A DNA stretch of 64,000 bases from Gemmatimonadota bacterium (GTDB lineage: Bacteria > Gemmatimonadota > Gemmatimonadetes > Palauibacterales > Palauibacteraceae): NCBI GenBank assembly GCA_965116475.1, contig OZ220691.1, positions 1,280,001 through 1,344,000 on the forward strand, read 5' to 3'. Positions 9,345 to 19,414 of this stretch are shown here, one piece after another (positions within the stretch are counted from its first letter, which is position 1; each line of letters starts with the position of its first letter). Both the position numbers and the translations under genes were made by a program. Below the pieces are notes generated by a model. That model made no database searches. It had not been told where the DNA came from and saw only the letters and a list, made by a program, of their open reading frames with translations.

Positions 9345-10640
9345 TTACGAGCGGCATGCCTCAGCGGTGACGGCGGTGCCGCTCGCACTCTCAAGATGCA
9401 GGCGGAGCACGTAGCTGATGTCGAGGGCGTCGCGGGCGATTCCGTGAACGATGCCCCGCAGACCGACGTCCATGGGGACGAGGGGGCCGCGCGGGTACGA
9501 GTAGGCCTGGAGGCGCGCCGGTGTCGACACCTCGCCACGGAAGCGACCACAGTTGTCGAACAGGTTCCAGACCGGATCGTCGTCAACATCTTCGGGATGC
9601 CGCCGCACCCACAGCCAGCCCTCCGGCGACACTTCCAGGCCCGCGATTAGGGGCTTGAACTCCGATTCGTCGGAATCGTCGGGCGGGGGTGGCGGAGGAC
9701 TACCGAGCTCGACCGTGCGGACGGTGTCCCCGGCGAAGGTGACCTCGTGGAAGCGCTGGACCGCCCTGTTCGCCACCCAGACGGTTTCGCCGCCCGCGAA
9801 CGCCCAGACTCGCCTCGGAACGGGGACCCTGAAGGTACCGCTGACGGTGACGTTCCCGCCGCTGCCCGATCGAGTCTGTACCGTACTCGTGGAGATCTGG
9901 CTGTCGAGCACGACAGAGTCGCGCGGCAGAACCGGGTTGGGATGCTCCGGGTATACGGGCAGGCGCACGCCATGAGTGCGGCTGTGAGAAACAGTCTGAT
10001 CTCCCGAAGTCGTGCGGTCGCTGACCCTCACCTGCTGATAGGCGAATCCGTCGGCGTCGGCGGCGACGATTCTGCTCCGCGGGCCGCGGAACCCCCTACT
10101 TACCCGACTCAGTTCGTTCCCCAGCGAATCGAAGCTCAGCTGCTGGGAGCCGTCGCCGATCCAAAGCCGGTTCGGCGGCTGGAACACGATTCTCTGCTCC
10201 GAAGAGAAATCTCGGTAGCGCACCTCGCCGGGACCCTCGCCCCCGCGCGCGATGTTTCGGAGATGCCGGCCTTCGCGGTCGAAGACGCGGACCTCCTTCG
10301 AGCCAACATCCAGGACGTAGATGTTGCCGCGCTCGTCCACGGCGACGTCGTGCACGTTCCCGAACACTTCCGGCCCGGGGCCGTCCACCTCGCCGAGCCG
10401 GAGTTCCTCGACGAGGCGCCACTCGTCGGGTCCGCCGCCACGTCCCGGGGCGGGGTTCCTTACGAGGATGCGCCCGCCCTCGAGGGTGTCGACGGTCGCC
10501 TCCTGCCGGGGGTGCGGAGGCCCTGCACCCTGCGCGGACTCTGGCGTCAGGCGGAGCGCGAGACCGATGGCGATGGCGGCTCCGGTCGGACGGACGGCAC
10601 AACGAAACGCCTCGGGCAACGTCCGTCGGCCCCTACCCAC
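9345..10640 (-). CDS. 6-bladed beta-propeller protein (NHL/TolB-like), probably secreted
   Basis: DVAVDERGNIYVLD...VRVFDREG...GEGPGE blade signature; start uncertain. Confidence 0.7.
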   Translation of the reverse strand: MGRGRRTLPEAFRCAVRPTGAAIAIGLALRLTPESAQGAGPPHPRQEATVDTLEGGRILVRNPAPGRGGGPDEWRLVEELRLGEVDGPGPEVFGNVHDVAVDERGNIYVLDVGSKEVRVFDREGRHLRNIARGGEGPGEVRYRDFSSEQRIVFQPPNRLWIGDGSQQLSFDSLGNELSRVSRGFRGPRSRIVAADADGFAYQQVRVSDRTTSGDQTVSHSRTHGVRLPVYPEHPNPVLPRDSVVLDSQISTSTVQTRSGSGGNVTVSGTFRVPVPRRVWAFAGGETVWVANRAVQRFHEVTFAGDTVRTVELGSPPPPPPDDSDESEFKPLIAGLEVSPEGWLWVRRHPEDVDDDPVWNLFDNCGRFRGEVSTPARLQAYSYPRGPLVPMDVGLRGIVHGIARDALDISYVLRLHLESASGTAVTAEACRS

Positions 10641-13600
10641 CGCTGCCGCCGCGCCGGCTGGAGACGCCGCCTTCTTCGGAGACTGGCTTGCCGATGAGTT
10701 CGAGGCCGAGGTCGCGGCCCTTCACGACGGCCGGGACGCCCTCCTCCATCCAGCGCGGCGCCGGGGCGTCGATGAGGTAGTGGTCGAAGAACTGCTGCAT
10801 GCGGATCGCCCAGTCCTCCTGGTTCGCCTGGCGCCCGAGCCCGTGTCCCTCGCCGTTGTAGTTCAGCATGAACACCGGCAGCTCCAGCCGCCGCATGGCG
10901 ACGAACATCTCGATCCCCTGGTACCACGGCACCGCGCCGTCCTCGTCGTTGTGGAGCATGAGGAGCGGCGTCCGGATCTTGTCGGCGAAGAAGACGGGCG
11001 AGTTGTGGATGTAGCGGTCGCGCTCGTCCCACAGCGTCCCGCCGATTCGGCTCTGCGTGCGCTCGTACTGGAACATGCGGCTCATCCCGCTCTGCCAGCG
11101 GATGCCGCCGTACGCGCTCGTCATGTTCGACACGGGGGCACCGGCCTCGGCGGCGGCGAACACGTTCGTCTTCGTGATCATGTAGGCGATCTGATATCCG
11201 CCCCACGAGTGGCCCTGCACGCCGACCCGGTCCGGGTCGATGAACCCCTGCGCGATGAGCGCCTGCACGCCGGGCACGACGGCGTCGAGCGCGCTTTCGC
11301 CCGGATAGCCGATCTCGTACGGGATGTCGGGGACGAACACGACGTAGCCGCGGCTCGCGTAGAAGGAGAAGCGCACCGACGCCCGGTTCGGCAGGGGCGG
11401 CTGGTAGCTGTGCAACCCGTCGGACATGCGCTCGTAGAAGTAGACCATGAGCGGATACTGCTGCGAGGGGTCGAAGCCGTCCGGCTTGATCAGGATGCCG
11501 TCGAGCGGCGTGCGGTCGTTGGACATCCAGTGGACCAGTTCGGCGCTCCCCCAGCGGTACTCCGCCTGCTGCGGGTTCGCGTCGCTCACCTTGCGCGCGT
11601 TCCCGAAGTCGGCGTCGCCGACCCACAGGTCCGGGAACTCGACGAACGTCTGGCGCGTCCACACGTAGCGCTCGGCGTCCTCGGCCTTCGTCGGCGCCGC
11701 ATAGCGCACGTCGCCCATGATCAGTTCTTCGACCCGGCCCGCCTCGTCCGTCCGGCCGCGCGCGAACCCGGACGCCTTCGTGCCCATGTCGAACACCGAG
11801 AACAGGACCTCGCCCTCCTCGATGCCCTCGCCCGCGCCGCCGCCGAAGCCGAACCCGAAGAAGTTCCCGCCCCCGCCCTCGGCCACGCGCTGCACACGGT
11901 AGCGGAGGTCGGCCTCCCTTCCCTCCGTCAGACGCACGGCGGGGTCATCGCCGCCCGGGTCGACGCGCCACACGTCGTTGCGGTCGTACACGAGCATCGC
12001 GGCGTCCCCCTCGACCCAGGTCGCGCCGCCGTAGGGGGGCGGTCCCTGCGGGTGGTCGTCGAGTTCGTTGTAGAAGGCGACGGGAAGACTCCCGGTCAGG
12101 CTGCGCGCCGGTCCGGAGCCGTCCATCGGCGCCGCCTTCCAGTCCCGGTCCGTCTCGTCCCACCAGTAGGCGTAGGTCCCGTCCGGCGAGAGGCTGGCGC
12201 CCCCGAAGCCGCGCACGGCCTCCACGATCGTGCGGCGTTCGCCGGTCAGAACGTCCACGGCGTAGGCGTCCTCGTAGCGGCCGTCCCACGAGATCTTCTG
12301 GCGGTGCGGCACGTCGCTCGTGGCGAGGACGTAGTCGCTCATGCCGGTCTCGGGGCGCGACACGTCCGGGATGCTCGCGCTGCCCAGCTGCACGACGGCG
12401 TCCCGGCCCTCGTGCGCCACGGCCAGGTACGACCGGTTGCGTTCGCGGTTCGCCTGCACGAGCTGCATGGGCTGCAGGTACGGGTCGCGCCAGTTCCAGA
12501 TGTCGAGCGTCACGCGATCCGCGTCGAGGATCTCCTCGTCCGGCTCGGGTTCGGGACGCGGCGCGGTGCCGAAGAAGAGGCGGTCCCCGTCCTCGCTGAA
12601 GGAGACGGAACCGTGCTCGCTGATCCACCAGCCCGCGGGCACGCCGACCGTCTCGTGGTCCGCCACCTTCTCCGCCGCCCCGCCGTTGGACCGGTAGAGC
12701 GCGAAGGACGGCTGGTCCATCTCCCACTCGTCCACGTTGCTCAGGAAGGCGAGGCGTTCGCCCGATTCGTCGAAGGCGACCCGCTCGTAGTGGCCCTCCC
12801 CGGCGAGAACCTCCACGCTCTCGCCGCTCGCCGGATCCACCAAGTGGATCCCGTCCCCACCGTCGTCCTCGGTCGAGGCCACGTACGCGAGCCCGTTCCC
12901 CGCATCGGCGACGGTGTAGGAGACGACGTCGGCGAAGCTGTGCTCCTCCCCCGTGTCGAGATTCAGGAGCACGAGCGGTGTCCCATCTTCCTTCTCGTGC
13001 CGCTTCTCGTATTCCGCGGAGCGCTCTTCTTCCTCCTCTGCGGCTTCCTCGCCCTCTTCCTCGCCCTCTTCCTCGGTCTCGGTCTCTTCTTCCTCCTCTT
13101 CCCCTTCTTCCTCCGCCTCTTCTTCCTCCTCGGGATTCTCGGACAGGAGGTAGGCGACAAAAGCGCCGCCGTCCTCCGGGACCCGGAAGGAGTCGATGGG
13201 GCCGGCGCGCCGGACCCCGCCGTTATCTCCAGCGCCGTCGGCGAATGCGTCGGCCAGGTTCACGACGGCGAGCGAGTCGCCGGGCAGATCGTCCCCGCGC
13301 TTCCCCTCGAGGCGCAGCGAGTCGACCACGGCCTTCACCGGCGGCACGCGGAAGGCGAGGTGCCGCGAGTCCCGCGTGAAGGAGGGCGAGCGGCCCCGGA
13401 AGCGGCGTTCCGCCGAGCCGTCGCTGCGGGTGATCACGAGCGTGGGGTCGCCGTCCCAGGGCGTCAGGACGTAGGCGAGCCAGGCCCCGTCCGCCGAGAT
13501 CGCGCGGCCGCCGATGGAGTTCCAGCGGTACGTGTCCTCGTGATCCAGCGCCGGCTTGACTTCCTGCGCGGCCAGGTGCGCGGCCGGAGCGGCGGGTACG

Positions 13601-13674
13601 AGGAGGAGGGCGGCCGCGGCGGCAAGCCAGCGCCGACGGAAGGAAGGACGGGACGGATCAGGGACCGGAAGCAT
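10633..13674 (-). CDS. S9 family (prolyl oligopeptidase-like) serine peptidase
   Basis: GHSWGGY nucleophile, DGAVP, GEGHGL triad motifs; signal peptide; propeller N-domain. Confidence 0.92.
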   Translation of the reverse strand: MLPVPDPSRPSFRRRWLAAAAALLLVPAAPAAHLAAQEVKPALDHEDTYRWNSIGGRAISADGAWLAYVLTPWDGDPTLVITRSDGSAERRFRGRSPSFTRDSRHLAFRVPPVKAVVDSLRLEGKRGDDLPGDSLAVVNLADAFADGAGDNGGVRRAGPIDSFRVPEDGGAFVAYLLSENPEEEEEAEEEGEEEEEETETEEEGEEEGEEAAEEEEERSAEYEKRHEKEDGTPLVLLNLDTGEEHSFADVVSYTVADAGNGLAYVASTEDDGGDGIHLVDPASGESVEVLAGEGHYERVAFDESGERLAFLSNVDEWEMDQPSFALYRSNGGAAEKVADHETVGVPAGWWISEHGSVSFSEDGDRLFFGTAPRPEPEPDEEILDADRVTLDIWNWRDPYLQPMQLVQANRERNRSYLAVAHEGRDAVVQLGSASIPDVSRPETGMSDYVLATSDVPHRQKISWDGRYEDAYAVDVLTGERRTIVEAVRGFGGASLSPDGTYAYWWDETDRDWKAAPMDGSGPARSLTGSLPVAFYNELDDHPQGPPPYGGATWVEGDAAMLVYDRNDVWRVDPGGDDPAVRLTEGREADLRYRVQRVAEGGGGNFFGFGFGGGAGEGIEEGEVLFSVFDMGTKASGFARGRTDEAGRVEELIMGDVRYAAPTKAEDAERYVWTRQTFVEFPDLWVGDADFGNARKVSDANPQQAEYRWGSAELVHWMSNDRTPLDGILIKPDGFDPSQQYPLMVYFYERMSDGLHSYQPPLPNRASVRFSFYASRGYVVFVPDIPYEIGYPGESALDAVVPGVQALIAQGFIDPDRVGVQGHSWGGYQIAYMITKTNVFAAAEAGAPVSNMTSAYGGIRWQSGMSRMFQYERTQSRIGGTLWDERDRYIHNSPVFFADKIRTPLLMLHNDEDGAVPWYQGIEMFVAMRRLELPVFMLNYNGEGHGLGRQANQEDWAIRMQQFFDHYLIDAPAPRWMEEGVPAVVKGRDLGLELIGKPVSEEGGVSSRRGGSGG

Positions 13675-13724
13675 CCGACGCTCCTGTTTCGTGAGTTTCG
13701 TGAGTTGTTGCCGGTTTCATGAGA

Positions 13725-15260
13725 TCAACGCTTGAAATAGACGGGTTCGGTCGGCAGCGCGTCGACATCGACGATCCTGCCGGCGGCCATGACGACCGAC
13801 TGTTTCCTGATGTTCGCGATGTCGGCGAGCGGATCGGCGTCGAGCACGAGGAGGTCGGCGAGCTTGCCGGCTTCGATCGTGCCGAACTCGTCGAGCGCGC
13901 CCGCCGCGATGGCGCCGTTGCGCGTGGCGGCGACGATCGCCTCGCCCGGCGTCATCCCCAGTTCGACGAGACCCTCGATGGCGAGGATCGTCCCGATGCC
14001 GGGCTCCTGCCAGATGGGCTTCGGCGTGCGTCCGTATTCCGGCGCCACGCCCGCATAGTTGTCCGTGCCGAGCGTGGTGATGCATCCGCCGTCGATCAGC
14101 TTCCGGGCGTTCAGGCGGCGCATCTCCGTCCCGTATCCCAGCGCCCGCTGCTCACGGCGAATCTGGTAGCTCGTCTTCTCACGCTCCACGGGACGCCGCA
14201 GCCGCCCCCACTCGCGGGCGCGGGCCCCCTCCGCCTCGCGGGCCAGGCGTTCCTCGGCCGCCGCCTTGTTCGCCAGGTGGTTCTCCCAGGCGGGACCGGT
14301 GATCGTGTTCACGAGCATCGAGCACACGATGCCGCGGTCCACGATCTGCTGGACGAGAGCGTCCGACATCTCGCGGTTCGCAAGCACCTCCGGGTGCTGG
14401 ATGAGATCGATCCCCGCCTCGACGGAGAGCCTGAGCCCCTCCGGGTTCGTGGAGTGGGTCTCCGCCACCAGGCCCCGCGCGTGCGTCTCCTCGACGATCA
14501 CGCGCTGCGCCGCCGGCGAGAATCCGATCAGTGTGGGGAACGCCCAGTGACTCGTCCCGCCGTACTTGAGGAAGTCCACCCCCTTGTCGAGGTACTCGCG
14601 GATCCGCACCCGCAGTTCCTCGGGATACAGGTCCATCAGGTCCTCGCCCGCCCCCTGGGCGATGTGATCGGAGAACTGTTCCTCGTAGAGCGAGAGGTCG
14701 TCCTCCGGGATGAGGGCGAAGGTGATCGAATAGGGCCCGCCCCAGCCGACGATGTTTCCGGCGATCTGGAGCCGCGGCCCGATCGCCTTGCCCGAGGCGA
14801 TCGCGTCCCGCACCTGCTGGAGTTCCGGGAGCGCGCCGTAGCTGTCCCGGAGGTGGGTAACGCCGAACTTGAGGTGCATCTGCGCGGCCTCGAGCGTGAG
14901 TTCGGGCCCCATCGAGCGGTAGAAGACGGAACTCTCCTTCCGGTCCTTGTTCCCGCCGCCGTACAGGGAGATGTGGACGTTCGTGTCGACGAAGCCGGGC
15001 GTGACGAACTTGCCGGCGCCGTCGATGACGCGCGCGCCATCCGGCACCTCGACATCCGCGCGCGGGCCGGCGGCCGTGATGCGGTCCCCTTCCACGACGA
15101 CGGTGGCATCGGCGAGGGGACGTCCGCCGTTCCCGTCGATGAGGGTCGCGCCGACGATCGCGGTCGCCTGGCCCAGCAGCGGACCGCCGCCCGGGACGAG
15201 GAAGACGAGGAAGGCCAGCGTGGCGGGGACGGGGAGAGCGCGGCGGGTGGCGCGAAACAT
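13725..15260 (-). CDS. Secreted amidohydrolase family protein (paralogue A)
   Basis: PGFVDTNVH, LGTD, GTIEAGKLADLLVLDADPL. Confidence 0.88.
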   Translation of the reverse strand: MFRATRRALPVPATLAFLVFLVPGGGPLLGQATAIVGATLIDGNGGRPLADATVVVEGDRITAAGPRADVEVPDGARVIDGAGKFVTPGFVDTNVHISLYGGGNKDRKESSVFYRSMGPELTLEAAQMHLKFGVTHLRDSYGALPELQQVRDAIASGKAIGPRLQIAGNIVGWGGPYSITFALIPEDDLSLYEEQFSDHIAQGAGEDLMDLYPEELRVRIREYLDKGVDFLKYGGTSHWAFPTLIGFSPAAQRVIVEETHARGLVAETHSTNPEGLRLSVEAGIDLIQHPEVLANREMSDALVQQIVDRGIVCSMLVNTITGPAWENHLANKAAAEERLAREAEGARAREWGRLRRPVEREKTSYQIRREQRALGYGTEMRRLNARKLIDGGCITTLGTDNYAGVAPEYGRTPKPIWQEPGIGTILAIEGLVELGMTPGEAIVAATRNGAIAAGALDEFGTIEAGKLADLLVLDADPLADIANIRKQSVVMAAGRIVDVDALPTEPVYFKR

Positions 15261-15513
15261 GCGGGAACCTCCTCGTTTCAGCGGAGCTTGCGTAAATTGA
15301 GACTAACAGCTTGCTCGGCTCGCGAGTAGCCGCCCGCTCCAGCGGGGACGGCGGCGGTTGGCAGGGCGTGACAGTCCGCGTTAGGCTGTCGCATCCTGCT
15401 CATCCCGAACTCCGCACAGGGCGTGACGCGGGCATGACGCCAAGGCATGACGCGGCATCGCCGGGCAGGCCGACGACGACCGATTACCGACAAGCGACTA
15501 CAGGCGAGAGATA

Positions 15514-16584
15514 ATGGCGACGATCACCACGAGATTCCCCCTCAGACACGTCGAGCGTTCGCGGCTCGAATCCGTCGACTTCGACAACCTTCCGTTCGGC
15601 TCGATCTGGTCGGACCACATGTTCGTGGCCGACAACATCGACGGCGAGTGGACGGACGCGGAGATCCGGCCCTACGGCCCGATGCCGATCTACCCGAGTT
15701 CGAAAGGGCTCCAGTACGCCGTCTCGATGTTCGAGGGGTTCAAGGCGCACATGACGCCCGAGGGCGACCTCGCGGTCTTCCGGCCGGACATGAACCAGAA
15801 GCGGTTCAACCGCACGGCGGCCCGGTTCGTGATGCCGGAGCTCCCGAAGGAGCTGTTCCTCGACGCATTGCGGGAGCTGCTCGACGTGGACCGCGGCTGG
15901 CTTCCCACCGCCGAGCAGGGTGCGCTCTACATCCGCCCGAGCTACTTCAGCACGGATCCGACGCTCAGCGTCGTGTCGGGCCGCTCGTTCCGGTTCGTCC
16001 TGATGACGGCGCCCGTCGGACTCTACTTCACCGGATCGGAGACGGTGAGCCTCGTGGCGACGCGCAAGTTCGTGCGGGCCTTCCCCGGCGGTACCGGCGG
16101 CCACAAGCCCGCGGCCAACTACGGGCCGACGATGCTCGCCTCGCAGCAGGCGCAGGCGCAGGGGTACGACAACGTGATCTGGCTCGACGGCCACGAGGGC
16201 CGGTACGTCGAGGAGTGCGGGGTCATGAACATGTGGTTCGTCATCGACGGGACCGCGATCACGCCTCCACTCGAGGGGACGATCCTTCCGGGCGTCACGC
16301 GCGACTCGCTGATCCGGCTGTGCGCGGACTTCGGGGTGCCGTGCGAGGAGCGCCGCATTTCGGTGGACGAACTCCTCGAGGCGCACGCCGCCGGCACGCT
16401 GAACGAAGCGTTCGGCTCGGGCACGGCCGCCACGGTCCAGCCCATCGACCGCCTCGGCCTCGACGGGACGGACGTTCTGCTTCCGCAGCGGCCCGACTCG
16501 CTGGCGGCGCGGCTCAAGGCGGAACTCCACGGGATCCAGACCGGGCGGATCGCGGATCGCCACGGCTGGCTCTGGCGACCCTAG
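15514..16584 (+). CDS. ilvE: Branched-chain amino acid aminotransferase
   Basis: FEGFKA, LYIRP, GTGGHKPAANY, EECGVMN, ILPGVTR, FGSGTAA class IV PLP motifs. Confidence 0.9.
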   Translation: MATITTRFPLRHVERSRLESVDFDNLPFGSIWSDHMFVADNIDGEWTDAEIRPYGPMPIYPSSKGLQYAVSMFEGFKAHMTPEGDLAVFRPDMNQKRFNRTAARFVMPELPKELFLDALRELLDVDRGWLPTAEQGALYIRPSYFSTDPTLSVVSGRSFRFVLMTAPVGLYFTGSETVSLVATRKFVRAFPGGTGGHKPAANYGPTMLASQQAQAQGYDNVIWLDGHEGRYVEECGVMNMWFVIDGTAITPPLEGTILPGVTRDSLIRLCADFGVPCEERRISVDELLEAHAAGTLNEAFGSGTAATVQPIDRLGLDGTDVLLPQRPDSLAARLKAELHGIQTGRIADRHGWLWRP

Positions 16585-16609
16585 CACTCCTGGAGGAGGT
16601 GTCGTAAGC

Positions 16610-17779
16610 GTGTCTTCGGATCCGCCGTTCAAGGCCACGCTCGGGATCAGGCCCGCGTCGCGCACGGACTTCATCGACGTGCGGGCGCGGCTGGCCGAGG
16701 AGTTCGGGTCCGAGTTCGCCCGGTATCCGAAAGCGCTCTACGTCTCCCACCATACGACGGCGGGATACCTCGACCAGCGCCTGGCGCAGCGGCTCGGCTA
16801 CGACCGGAAGCGGCTGCGGGAATACATCAGGGTCTTCCACGAGATCTTTCCGCCCAACGCGGGATACGAGCACGACGAACTCGAGCTGCGGACCGAACTG
16901 TCGGAGGAACAGAAGGCCACGGAGCCGGAGAACGCGGACTCGCACCTGACCTTCATCGGCGCCGGGCTCCAGAGCGCCACCTCGTACGACAACGAAGAGG
17001 GTCGACCCGTCTGGTTCGTCGATCTCGACGGCGTTCACCGGGGCGGGACGCGCGACCGGCGGACGACGGTCGTCGGATACGGTTCGGAGGAAGTCGTGGC
17101 CCGAACGCAGTTGAGCGTCAAAGCCTCGCCGCGGGCCATCGCCGCCATCGACCTTCGGGAACCCGAGGCCGGCTTCGTGGACCGGCTGCAGGACCTGGTG
17201 GAGGAACACGGGATCTCCTTCGGGCGGCTCGATGTCTCGCTCGTGCCGGAGGAAGCCAACGCCAGCCTGACGGTCAACGAGTACGAGCCCCTGCTGATGA
17301 CGCGCGACCTCCGCGGCGCGCTCCTCAGCCCGCTGCGCTTCATGGCCGACCAGGGCCGCGAGATCCTGCGGACGCCGCTGTCGCTCCCGGGGAAGGCGCT
17401 ACGGCTGCCGGGGAAAGCGCTGCGCCTGTCCGGGAGAGCGCTCAACGTCGCGAAGATGGGCACGACCGTGCTGCGCACCTCGCCCGGACCCGTCATCGAC
17501 ACCGCCACGGTGGAGGCCGTCCACATCATGAACCGCGTCCTGGAACGGATCGGCGTGGACGAATCCGTGATCGCCCGGGTGCTGAACCGGGCGCTGGCGC
17601 TCCCGGTGCGCCGCTTCCACGGCCTGAGGCGGGAGATCAGCCTGCCCGTGATCGACCGTGACGGGGACGGAAACGGCGAGATCCCGTGGGGAACCTACCA
17701 GAGCCCCATCCTCATCCAGTGGAGAGCCCCGACCGAACCGACCCGCGAGCTGGACGTGAAGCTGGTCCGCTTCGCCTAG
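16610..17779 (+). CDS. Hypothetical protein with two YjbQ (UPF0047)-like halves
   Basis: N-half HHTTAG, YEHD, NADSHL, FVDLDG; C-half SLTVNEYEP...DL and SLPV...WGTYQ. Confidence 0.6.
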   Translation: MSSDPPFKATLGIRPASRTDFIDVRARLAEEFGSEFARYPKALYVSHHTTAGYLDQRLAQRLGYDRKRLREYIRVFHEIFPPNAGYEHDELELRTELSEEQKATEPENADSHLTFIGAGLQSATSYDNEEGRPVWFVDLDGVHRGGTRDRRTTVVGYGSEEVVARTQLSVKASPRAIAAIDLREPEAGFVDRLQDLVEEHGISFGRLDVSLVPEEANASLTVNEYEPLLMTRDLRGALLSPLRFMADQGREILRTPLSLPGKALRLPGKALRLSGRALNVAKMGTTVLRTSPGPVIDTATVEAVHIMNRVLERIGVDESVIARVLNRALALPVRRFHGLRREISLPVIDRDGDGNGEIPWGTYQSPILIQWRAPTEPTRELDVKLVRFA

Positions 17780-17827
17780 CAGCCAGGAGCGGCGCGCGGC
17801 GAAGTCCGCCGCAACCCCGCGGGCGTG

Positions 17828-18319
17828 TCAGGCCGGGCCGACGGCGGGATCCTGAAGGGGGACTCCGAACACCCTGTCCTCGAGGCGGGCCACGCGATCG
17901 GTCTGCCGGCCCTCGACCGCGCGGAACTCAGTTCGCACTTCCACGATTTCGCCCCGCAGTTCGTCGCGCACACCGCGTATCTCGCCCCGAAGCTCATCGC
18001 GCACGCCGTGAATCTCGCCCCGAAGTTCATCGCGCACGCTGCTTATCTCGGCTCGCAGCTCATCGCGCACGCCGCGGATCTCACCTCGGAGCCGTGCCTC
18101 GAGGCCCTTCATCTCGCCCCGGAGCCCTGTCTCGAGGCCCTTCATCTCGCCTCGCAGCCCTGTCTCGAGGCTCTTCATCTCGCCTCGGAGCCCTGTCTCG
18201 AGGCTGTTCATCTCGCCGCTGAGCTTGCGGATGGCGGCGTAGGTGAGACCGCCGACCGCTGCGCCCACGCTGATGATGGTCAGCATCAGAGTGATGATTC
18301 CGGCCACGTCCAATCCCAT
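17828..18319 (-). CDS. Membrane-anchored coiled-coil protein with 11-residue repeats
   Basis: N-terminal TM, then LRGEMKxLETG and LRGEIxGVRDE repeats (33-bp DNA units). Confidence 0.75.
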   Translation of the reverse strand: MGLDVAGIITLMLTIISVGAAVGGLTYAAIRKLSGEMNSLETGLRGEMKSLETGLRGEMKGLETGLRGEMKGLEARLRGEIRGVRDELRAEISSVRDELRGEIHGVRDELRGEIRGVRDELRGEIVEVRTEFRAVEGRQTDRVARLEDRVFGVPLQDPAVGPA

Positions 18320-18469
18320 GGTTCGGGCTCCCCGTCGAGGTTTCCGTACAGCGGCGACGCGACGGCCGCGTGCCGTTTCCGTACCAACCTCCGGGTATGG
18401 ATCAATGTGGGATCAAACGGGCGTCGCCTCAACCGGAAACCGAGCGACGCCGGGGTTCAGCGGCTGTGG

Positions 18470-19249
18470 TCAGACGAGGGAGCGTCCCTGGGAGCCGTCC
18501 ACGGCGATGCAGGCACCGGTGATCAGGCTGGCGCGCTCGGAGGCCAGGAACGTCACGACGTCCGCCACCTCATCGGCCCGCCCGAAACGTCCCAGCGGCA
18601 GATTCGCGTCGACGAACTTCCGCATCCCCTCCGGGTCCGACTTCACGCGCTTGTCCCAGCTCCCGCCGGGGAACTGGATCGAGCCGGGCGCGACGCAGTT
18701 CACGCGGATGCCGTCCTCGGCGAGTTCGAGCGCCATGATCCCGGCAGCCGAAATCAGCGCCGTCTTCGTCGTGTTGTAGATCGACAGCCCCGGCCCGCCC
18801 TTCTCCCGCCCGAAAACCGACGACACGAAGACGATCGACCCGCCGCCCCCCGCCCGCATGTGGGGGATCGCCAGCCGGCTGGCCCGGAAGCCCGACAGGA
18901 CGTTGAGTTGGAGGATGTCCAGCCAGTCCCGGTCGCTCGTCTCCTCGAACTTCCCCCGACGGTTGCCCCCGACGTTGTTCACGAGGACGTCCAGCGCCCC
19001 GTAGCGGTCGACCGCCGCGTCGACGAGCTGCGCGGCACCGCCTTCCTCGGCGACGTCACAGGCCACGGTGAGGACGTCCGCGACGCCGTCGGCCCGCAGC
19101 GACTCGGCCGCTTCTTCGAGCGGCTCCCGGTTGCGCGCACACAGCGCCAGCCGCGCGCCTTCCGCCCCCAGCGCCCGCGCGATGTAGAGGCCGATCCCCC
19201 GGCTCCCGCCGGTGACGACCGCAACCTTCCCCTTCAGCATGAGATCCAT
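18470..19249 (-). CDS. SDR family oxidoreductase
   Basis: TGGSRGIG, NNVG, YNTTK (YxxxK), VNCVAPG. Confidence 0.93.
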   Translation of the reverse strand: MDLMLKGKVAVVTGGSRGIGLYIARALGAEGARLALCARNREPLEEAAESLRADGVADVLTVACDVAEEGGAAQLVDAAVDRYGALDVLVNNVGGNRRGKFEETSDRDWLDILQLNVLSGFRASRLAIPHMRAGGGGSIVFVSSVFGREKGGPGLSIYNTTKTALISAAGIMALELAEDGIRVNCVAPGSIQFPGGSWDKRVKSDPEGMRKFVDANLPLGRFGRADEVADVVTFLASERASLITGACIAVDGSQGRSLV

Positions 19250-19414
19250 GCGCGAGACTCTACCGGACGTCCCGCCCCTCCGCCAGCCCGCCTGAGTTCA
19301 TGAAGATGTGGTCGGTGGGGAGCGCCGTGGGTATCCGCTATCTTCCATCCCGATCCCGGATCGGACGCTGCCGAAGTCGCTTTATTCTCGGAACTATGCA
19401 CGGAAAGGCGCAAA

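Noticed and set aside
10321..13722. 1133-aa plus-strand ORF and other long antisense or alternate-frame ORFs (e.g. 13719-15329, 26485-28425, 28690-30918)
   Set aside because: Shadow ORFs of real genes in high-GC DNA; no recognisable motifs, R/G/A/P-rich
15415..15465. GGCRTGACGC repeats upstream of ilvE as an attenuator or T-box
   Set aside because: No Ile/Leu/Val-rich leader peptide, T-box motif or terminator seen
17825..19303. 492-aa plus-strand repeat ORF
   Set aside because: Antisense to the SDR and coiled-coil genes; the repeat reads more sensibly on the minus strand
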